Assembly: GCA_010672825.2 (NCBI GenBank)
Contig: JAAHFU020000006.1
Location: forward strand, 163,549-187,548
Direction: 5' to 3'
Origin: Leptolyngbya sp. SIO1E4
GTDB taxonomy: Bacteria; Cyanobacteriota; Cyanobacteriia; Phormidesmidales; Phormidesmidaceae
Length of the DNA stretch: 24,000 nt
Position numbers and translations under genes: made by a program. The notes under the pieces were generated by a model. It was not told the DNA's origin. It was given only the letters and a program-made list of their open reading frames with translations, and did no database searches. Of this stretch, positions 8,953 to 14,783 are shown piece by piece; position 1 is the stretch's first letter, and each line of letters begins with the position of its first letter.

Positions 8953-9741
8953 ATGCCTGAATTAGTTGCTCAGCGGGAACGCCGCAAAACGCTTTATGTA
9001 ACTGAACCCCTTGGCTCAAAGTTGGGGTTAGATATAGTGATCATCCCTGGCGGTAGCTTTTTAATGGGGTCTCCTGATGACGATCCTGATAGGCTCAGTA
9101 ACGGTAGTGAAGAACCCCAGTACCTCGTTACAGTGCCTACCTTTTTGATGGGACGTTATCCCGTTACTCAAGCCCAGTGGCAGTTTGTTGCAGGACTGAA
9201 GCAAAAGAAGCGAAAGCTAGATCCCAATCCGGCACATTTCAAAGGTGATGTTCGCCCGGTGGAATCGGTGTCTTGGGACGATGCAGTGGAATTCTGCGAT
9301 CGGCTCTCAATCCATAGTGGACGCGAGTATCGCCTGCCTACTGAAGCCGAATGGGAATATGCCTGCCGTGCTGGCACAACAACGCCTTATCACTTTGGTG
9401 AGAGCATCAACACTAACCTAGCTAACTATAACGGCAAATATAAGGGCACCACTGCTGTTGATCACTTTGGGATTGCCAATGCCTTTGGCCTAAGCGATAT
9501 GCATGGCAATGTATGGGAGTGGTGTTTGGATCATTGGCATGACAGTTATGAAGGAGCACCCACGGATGGTAGTACTTGGGTAAAGGACGGTGAGGATGCT
9601 TATCGAGTCCTACGCGGCGGCTCCTGGGATTGCCTTCCGTGGCATTGCCGGTCTGCCTCTCGCGACGCCTATACGAGCAACTGCCGCACCGACGACTACG
9701 GTTTTCGTGTTGTGTGCGTTGCCCCGAGAACTCTTCCGTAA
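8953..9741 (+). CDS. Stand-alone FGE-sulfatase/C-type-lectin-fold protein; DGR target 2, which looks like a 5'-truncated paralogue of target 1
   Basis: ATG at 8953 gives MPELVAQRERRKTLYVTEPLGSKLGLDIVIIPGGSFLMG... This parallels ...GEELTRQTQQAFKFLEPLGETTLPLEMVAIPGGQFLMG in target 1. It has the same FGE motifs through GFRVVCVAPRTLP. The track ORF begins at a TTG at 8851, overlapping the RT, and would add a signal-peptide-like [22 protein letters not shown]. The start is unresolved. Confidence 0.8.
   Translation: MPELVAQRERRKTLYVTEPLGSKLGLDIVIIPGGSFLMGSPDDDPDRLSNGSEEPQYLVTVPTFLMGRYPVTQAQWQFVAGLKQKKRKLDPNPAHFKGDVRPVESVSWDDAVEFCDRLSIHSGREYRLPTEAEWEYACRAGTTTPYHFGESINTNLANYNGKYKGTTAVDHFGIANAFGLSDMHGNVWEWCLDHWHDSYEGAPTDGSTWVKDGEDAYRVLRGGSWDCLPWHCRSASRDAYTSNCRTDDYGFRVVCVAPRTLP
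9607..9741 (+). repeat. DGR variable region 2 (variable core 9631-9699)
   Basis: Paralogue of 7477-7611. The flanks are identical and the core differs at 21 of 70 positions, with the differences at codon positions 1-2. Confidence 0.75.
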
Positions 9742-9774
9742 CCCTCTTGCTCTTTTTACTCTCTTACCCTCTTT

Positions 9775-9787
9775 GGCGCGGAGCGCC
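9775..9787 (+). promoter_or_regulatory. Second copy of the post-VR stem-loop (GGCGC-GGA-GCGCC) followed by a T-run
   Basis: Same position relative to the stop codon as 7645-7657. The stem is conserved and the loop reads GGA instead of GAA. It is followed by TCGAAATTTTTTG. Confidence 0.45.
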
Positions 9788-9922
9788 TCGAAATTTTTTG
9801 GGAATTTAGGGAAGGAGAAACAGCAGACAGAGCAGGGACTAGATGACGAATCTTCACGCTTCCCATTATGGCTATTTCCTTCCTCTTTTCGTTTCCCAAG
9901 ACGGGTTGTTTACAAGCATTAA

Positions 9923-9961
9923 TTAGGAAATCTGGCTGGATGTTGCAACCAGATTTCCTAA
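9923..9961. repeat. Perfect 13-bp inverted repeat TTAGGAAATCTGG / CCAGATTTCCTAA with a 13-nt spacer
   Basis: The arms are 9923-9935 and 9949-9961. It lies in the non-coding gap between the DGR block and the conjugation block. No T-run follows it, so it is not a typical intrinsic terminator. Confidence 0.6.
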
Positions 9962-9991
9962 CTCATTTAGTCTATTGAGCGTTGGCCTTAA

Positions 9992-10210
9992 TCCGACGAT
10001 CTTTGGGCATCCTGCCTCAGCAAGCTAAATATAGCAATCGCTGCCCAGTTACGACAGCGTGACGATGCCCTCCGCAACATCGTTGGGTCGGACAGTCTCC
10101 GGCAACTCAAGCGCGACCGTGTGGCCCAGCGCCGGATGGATGCCTCCGCGTATTCCTTTGCCATCACTCATGGCGGGTTGATTGCCCTACCGAACCTCTC
10201 GGAAAACTAA
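9992..10210 (+). pseudogene. Start-less open frame (72 codons) ending just before the VirB6-like gene; possible 3' remnant of a disrupted gene
   Basis: Hand translation gives SDDLWASCLSKLNIAIAAQLRQRDDALRNIVGSDSLRQLKRDRVAQRRMDASAYSFAITHGGLIALPNLSEN*. It is bounded upstream by TAA at 9989-9991. The only in-frame starts are GTG at 10121 and ATG at 10136. Confidence 0.25.
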
Positions 10211-10216
10211 GTTCCA

Positions 10217-11368
10217 TTGCACCCTCAACTCATGCTAGAAGTGCTCACAATCCTGGCTCAAACGGGTTCCCAGTCAGCCGTCTCGGTCCTGGATCAGTCC
10301 TTCCAACTGTCACGACAGGTGGAAGAGAGCTGGGATTTTATTTGGGCTACCATCACTAACCCCGCCCAGCAAAGCCTGCTGTGGGGAGCCATTGTCAATT
10401 TCTCACTGACCATTGCCGTCCTGGCTCTCCTCTATATGTTCGTTCGCTACGGCAGTGAAATCGCTCGTACCAAATACATTGGCACCGTCATTGAGATGTT
10501 TCTTTGGCCCATTGCCGTCGTCTTTTTGCTCGGCAGATTTCACTCCGGCAACGCCTTTATCCTGTCTCAAATCATTGGCCTGCTGCGAGGCGTTTGGGAA
10601 GACCAAATCAGAGAAATCGTCGTTCTGCAAATGGCTGGCATTACGCTGGGGGATGCGGTCAAGCAAGTACAGCTCAATCAGCTCGGCACGCAGCGCATTT
10701 ATCAGGTGGTCTCGGAATGCAAAGGTCTCTCCGGGGAAGCGCTACAAAACTGCCTCGATGCCAAGCAGCCAGAAATGATTTCCATTGTCGATAGCATCAG
10801 CCTCTTGGATGGTAATGTCAACACCTCGCCGCTAGAGGCGATCGCCCAGAGTGTTATTAACATCACCAATTTAGGGGCGCTGGATGCCGGGATTGATTTT
10901 TTTCAAGGGGGGTTTTCGCAGGTCTTTCAAGACAGGCTCTATCCCCTCGTTCAGTCTTTTCTCTACATTCTGCAATGGGCCTTTCTCAACCTGGTAGAAG
11001 TCGCGCTCTTCTTCACCGCACTCATCGCTCCCATCGCCGTCGCCTTATCCCTACTGCCCGTCGCCGGGAAACCCATTTGGGCCTGCCTGACGGGATTCTT
11101 GAGCCTCTATGCCCTGAAGTTGGGCTACACCCTCGTCGTGGGGGTGATCGCCGTCGTCATTGTCAATACCCAAGGGAACATCGCCGAGGTTGCACTGGGC
11201 TACGGCTTCATCCTCTTTAGTGCCGTCTTTGCCCCGGTTTTAGCCACCCTCATCGCAGGCGGTGGGGGCGTGGCACTCTATCAAGGCATTGCCCGTCGAG
11301 CAGCGGCTATGACCGGGGCCGTCAGCGGCGGCATCACCACCCTAGTTACCGGAGGGTTCTTCCGATAA
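10217..11368 (+). CDS. Polytopic membrane protein, VirB6/TrbL-like by architecture and context
   Basis: 383-aa ORF with a TTG start (ATG at 10232). It has several long hydrophobic segments, including a C-terminal cluster (ALFFTALIAPIAVALSLLPVAG, LGYTLVVGVIAVVIV, GFILFSAVFAPVLATLIAGGGG). It is the first gene of a VirB8/10/9/D4-like run. Confidence 0.55.
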   Translation: MHPQLMLEVLTILAQTGSQSAVSVLDQSFQLSRQVEESWDFIWATITNPAQQSLLWGAIVNFSLTIAVLALLYMFVRYGSEIARTKYIGTVIEMFLWPIAVVFLLGRFHSGNAFILSQIIGLLRGVWEDQIREIVVLQMAGITLGDAVKQVQLNQLGTQRIYQVVSECKGLSGEALQNCLDAKQPEMISIVDSISLLDGNVNTSPLEAIAQSVINITNLGALDAGIDFFQGGFSQVFQDRLYPLVQSFLYILQWAFLNLVEVALFFTALIAPIAVALSLLPVAGKPIWACLTGFLSLYALKLGYTLVVGVIAVVIVNTQGNIAEVALGYGFILFSAVFAPVLATLIAGGGGVALYQGIARRAAAMTGAVSGGITTLVTGGFFR

Positions 11369-11449
11369 TGTTCACGCAAAACCTCAAGCAACCCCCATCG
11401 TCGCCAGACAATCAACGGCACCGCTTGATTGGCGGATTAGTGCCCCTCC

Positions 11450-12145
11450 ATGGCGAGAGCAAGGTCCTTGGTCGCCTTATTCATTTTGGCCAGCGCCCTC
11501 GCCATTAGCCTACTGGCTAATTTGATTTTGTTATTCAATAATCGTGCCCTCGCCACACGCGGCAAAATTTACGTCCAGACACCCGATGGCTTCACCCTCC
11601 AAGCCCAAGAATTCAACCAGGAACATCGCGAAGCGAAAGTCATCAAACAAACGGTTGCCACCTGGATCCAGCTCACCTTCGAGTGGGACAACACCGTCCC
11701 TGGCAATGCCGAACTCGTGGATGAGGGCTTTGAGGTGGGAGGTGTCACCGTCCCAACCAAAGCCTACTTAGCCTCCTATCTCATGGAAGACGGCTTTCGG
11801 ACGAGTTTCCTACAACAGTTGGCCGATCTCATTCCCAGTGATGTTTACTCGGGCTCACGGAAGTCAGTCGTCCGCTTCTTTTCGGTCTCCAACCCCCGCC
11901 AAATTGCTACGGGCCGGTGGGAGGTGGATATCGTCTCCACCCGTATCGAACGAGTCAATAATGTCGAGGACAAGGAAGTCGAGTTCAACCGCACCATTAC
12001 CGTCCAAGCGGTTCCCGCCATCGATTTGGCCTTAGAAGACGACGATCCGCTGGCGTGGCGGCAGCGGGTCTATGAGCTGGCCCAGAACGGCCTCATCATC
12101 ACCGATGTGGTCCCGCTGCGACTTTCCACCCATGCACCCGAGTAG
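11450..12145 (+). CDS. Bitopic membrane protein, VirB8/TrbF-like by architecture
   Basis: 231-aa ORF with one N-terminal TM (SLVALFILASALAISLLANLILLF) followed by a ~190-aa soluble domain. It sits immediately upstream of the VirB10-like gene. The N-terminus may be longer (see findings). Confidence 0.5.
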   Translation: MARARSLVALFILASALAISLLANLILLFNNRALATRGKIYVQTPDGFTLQAQEFNQEHREAKVIKQTVATWIQLTFEWDNTVPGNAELVDEGFEVGGVTVPTKAYLASYLMEDGFRTSFLQQLADLIPSDVYSGSRKSVVRFFSVSNPRQIATGRWEVDIVSTRIERVNNVEDKEVEFNRTITVQAVPAIDLALEDDDPLAWRQRVYELAQNGLIITDVVPLRLSTHAPE

Positions 12146-12154
12146 AGGTTCCCC

Positions 12155-13873
12155 ATGACTGAATCTAACCAGCCGCCTCAATCACCCCACCCCATTGTGA
12201 CCTCGTCTTCCTTCGCAGGTGAATCATCCAACTCATTGAATGGCCATGGCTCGTCAGAGCCCACAACCGCTGCCGAATTGGCAGGGCTCCAGCTCGACGC
12301 AGAGGATAGGCTCGCCGCCTCAGAGCCACTCCCCGAAACGCCCAGCCCAACGACGAGTCGTCGCAGCATTGCCCATGCCCCCTTACCGCGAACCCTTCTC
12401 GTCGCCGGGGCACTGGGCTTCGTCGCGACCTTTACGCTCATATTTAGTCGCCTCAACAGTGGTAATCGACCGGTGGCAGACACCCCCGAAGCGCCTGAAG
12501 CCCCACCGGAAGAACCCTTTGACCAGAGCGATGTCTACCGGAGCCAACTCGCCTTAGTCGATCAGGCGGACGCTCAACAGCCTCAAGCCGCTCCCACTCC
12601 CCCCTCGGAGCCGCCACCTGTCGCCGAGGAAGACCCACCGGAAGCGCCGCCAACCGTCGCCACGGCGGCACCCTCCCCGCCGCCGAGACCGACTCCCGCC
12701 GCACAACCCGAACCGCCTCCGCGATCCGCTCCCGCCGCACAACCCGAGCCCGAACCCATCGATCCCTTCGAGCGCTGGCATACGTTGGCACAAGCGGGCA
12801 CACAAGGAGAACAGTTCGCCCTCGTGCCACCGGTTGAACCCGCGGCCCCCCTGACCGTCACGCCGGGGAACACGTCTGACACGAGTCCCCCCTCGAATCC
12901 GGTCGCGCCGATCGAGGTCGCAGCGGCCGCCGGAACCGCTGGATTCCCCGTCGCGATCATCGGCGACAATCCCATCGAGGGGATGCCACCTCCCAGCGCT
13001 CCATCCGCTGAGCCTGCCTTCTCAACACCCATACCACAGCCCCAATCCCAGGAGTCGCAGGCGTCTCTTTTAGTCTCAGCGCCACCGTCGATTCCGATTC
13101 AGACCGCCCAAACCAGTTCCCCAGGCGCACAGGGCATCCTCGAACGGCGTCCGGTCAGTGGTATTCAGACGGAACCGCAGACGATTCAGGGCAATACGCA
13201 GGTGTTACAGGTACCCATGGGCACGACAGCCGCTGCCGAACTCGCGGTCCCCATCGTCGCCTCTCGGAGTGGGGAAACCTTGGGACGCTTTGCCGTCCGC
13301 CTCAAAGACGACCTCAAAGATCCCTACGACCAGGTCGCCTTACCCGCAGGCACCCTGCTGATCACAGATGTCCTCAGCATCGATGATGATTCCTTGGCCA
13401 TTCAACAAACCGTCGTCGCACTCGTTTATGAGGACGCCCAAGGACAGATTGTACAAGAGGCCATCGCCCCGAATGTCCTCATTATTCGGGGCAGTGATGG
13501 CGGAGCCTTGATCGCGTCCCTCTCAGGCGGCGGCAATCGTCGCAACCTGTTTACCGACATCCTGGCAATTGGCGGGGCGTCAGCGCTAGCGGAAGTGGGA
13601 AGCGCCCTCAACGAGGGTGACCTCTTCACCTCCACGGCCAGCAGTTCCGATGGTGATGAGACCGAAACGACCACCACCACCGTCCGCGATAGTGATGACC
13701 CGAATGTTCTCGGGGCCGTTATGGAAGGCTTCTTTGAGTCCACGGCTGACCGGCTGCAGGGTGAAATTGAGGACGACCGGGATAATGACGAGGATCTCGA
13801 TCCCGTCCTGACCGTCACTCAGGGTCAAGACTTACAAGTCTTTGTCAACGGCATCTTGAACATCCGGAGGTAG
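12155..13873 (+). CDS. VirB10/TrbI-like protein
   Basis: 572-aa ORF with the classic VirB10 layout. It has an N-terminal cytoplasmic tail, one TM (LLVAGALGFVATFTLIF) and a long Pro-rich region (includes PPRPTPAAQPEPPPRSAPAAQPEPEP). The C-terminal domain reads LQVPMGTTAAAELAVPIVAS...GRFAVRLKDDL...LPAGTLLITDV...VLIIRGSDGGALIA. Confidence 0.65.
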   Translation: MTESNQPPQSPHPIVTSSSFAGESSNSLNGHGSSEPTTAAELAGLQLDAEDRLAASEPLPETPSPTTSRRSIAHAPLPRTLLVAGALGFVATFTLIFSRLNSGNRPVADTPEAPEAPPEEPFDQSDVYRSQLALVDQADAQQPQAAPTPPSEPPPVAEEDPPEAPPTVATAAPSPPPRPTPAAQPEPPPRSAPAAQPEPEPIDPFERWHTLAQAGTQGEQFALVPPVEPAAPLTVTPGNTSDTSPPSNPVAPIEVAAAAGTAGFPVAIIGDNPIEGMPPPSAPSAEPAFSTPIPQPQSQESQASLLVSAPPSIPIQTAQTSSPGAQGILERRPVSGIQTEPQTIQGNTQVLQVPMGTTAAAELAVPIVASRSGETLGRFAVRLKDDLKDPYDQVALPAGTLLITDVLSIDDDSLAIQQTVVALVYEDAQGQIVQEAIAPNVLIIRGSDGGALIASLSGGGNRRNLFTDILAIGGASALAEVGSALNEGDLFTSTASSSDGDETETTTTTVRDSDDPNVLGAVMEGFFESTADRLQGEIEDDRDNDEDLDPVLTVTQGQDLQVFVNGILNIRR

Positions 13874-13877
13874 ACCT

Positions 13878-14783
13878 ATGCGCCAGATTTTAAGGTCCGT
13901 CATGCTTTCTTTTGTGCCCTTCGTTGCAGCCATCCCCATCATCAGTACACCAGCTCCGGCGATCGCTCAGGTCTTACCGTCCGTAGATTCTGAATTTCTG
14001 CCACCGCTGCGGCACGCCCAGCAATCGGTCGCCTTTGTCAGTCAAGAGCGGGCCTATCGCTATGCCACCCCGATTCGTCTCTATCCAGGCCGCAGTGAGA
14101 TGATTGACTTCCGAACCGATGAAGTCATCACCTACATCCAACTCTCGGATCTCTCGGGCATTGTCTATCAGACCAATGCTCCCTTGGAGTCCGGCCAAGC
14201 GAAGCTGATTGCCTTGCGTCGGATCGAGGAGCTGGACTTCCCTGGCCAAACCGAAAGTCCGGTCCCCAACTTACTGGTGACCACCATCGACCCCCAAGGC
14301 GAACAACGCACCTACACCTTCAACCTGATATCTCACAACCGACAACCGCAAGCCGATGACACCAATGGCGTTGCCATCGTCACCGCCGCCGAAGCCCAGA
14401 CAGAGCGGCTCAATATGCGACGCAATGAGGGTCACCTCACGGGGGAAACCACCCTCACCGTCGATACCTTGCAAACCGCTTTGGGGCTCGCCGATATTGA
14501 TGACCTGGTCGTGGGCCTCGATACCGCGATCGCCTTGGGCTATACCCCAGCCAACGATCCAGTCGTCGCTCAAACCCAAACGGTCATTGATCTAGTTGAA
14601 GCGGGCACCCCCTTACGGCAGGCCATTCAAGACGCAGGGCTGCCTATCGAGGTGGCGATCGCGCTCGGTGAAATCGGTCTGAGGAGTGCATTCTTCCCGA
14701 TTGATGGCCCAGAACCCCCAGCTGAAGTACCGGCTGAAGACATCGAGCCCCGTAGCGAGGAGGAGCCGGATGTCGCCCCTTAA
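13878..14783 (+). CDS. Secreted VirB9/TrbG-like protein
   Basis: 301-aa ORF with a signal peptide (MRQILRSVMLSFVPFVAAIPIISTPAPAIAQ). The N-terminal domain pattern is IRLYPGRSEMIDFRTDEVITYIQLSD...AKLIALRRIE...NLLVTTID...RTYTFNLI. It lies between the VirB10-like and VirD4-like genes. Confidence 0.55.
   Translation: MRQILRSVMLSFVPFVAAIPIISTPAPAIAQVLPSVDSEFLPPLRHAQQSVAFVSQERAYRYATPIRLYPGRSEMIDFRTDEVITYIQLSDLSGIVYQTNAPLESGQAKLIALRRIEELDFPGQTESPVPNLLVTTIDPQGEQRTYTFNLISHNRQPQADDTNGVAIVTAAEAQTERLNMRRNEGHLTGETTLTVDTLQTALGLADIDDLVVGLDTAIALGYTPANDPVVAQTQTVIDLVEAGTPLRQAIQDAGLPIEVAIALGEIGLRSAFFPIDGPEPPAEVPAEDIEPRSEEEPDVAP

Larger units (their letters stand above)
7411..9800 (+). mobile_element. Diversity-generating retroelement: VR1, avd, RT and target 2 with VR2; template repeat not found in the window
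   Basis: The region combines an Avd-like gene, an RT with the DGR hallmark motif [15 protein letters not shown], and two FGE-fold genes ending in paralogous hypervariable tracts flanked by identical sequence. Confidence 0.8.

Noticed and set aside
9607-9741. The 3' end of the second FGE gene as the DGR template repeat for VR1, or the reverse
   Set aside because: A template must carry A wherever template and VR differ. Differences include tgc vs aac in one direction and ttt vs ctt, tct vs cat, ttc vs gac in the other. Neither copy satisfies the rule, so both are treated as VRs.
9590-9922. 110-aa plus-strand ORF overlapping VR2 and its downstream region, and the analogous 7364..7681 ORF over VR1
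   Set aside because: They are alternate frames of the FGE-domain genes. Their similarity to each other just reflects duplication of the underlying DNA.
12165-13828. Many long antisense and alternate-frame ORFs across the VirB10-like gene (e.g. 12583..13032 -, 12453..12830 -, 13426..13818 -)
   Set aside because: They lie in a GC- and Pro-codon-rich stretch that is stop-poor in all frames. Their translations are low-complexity Arg/Gly/Ser strings. The plus-strand 572-aa ORF has a coherent VirB10-like architecture.
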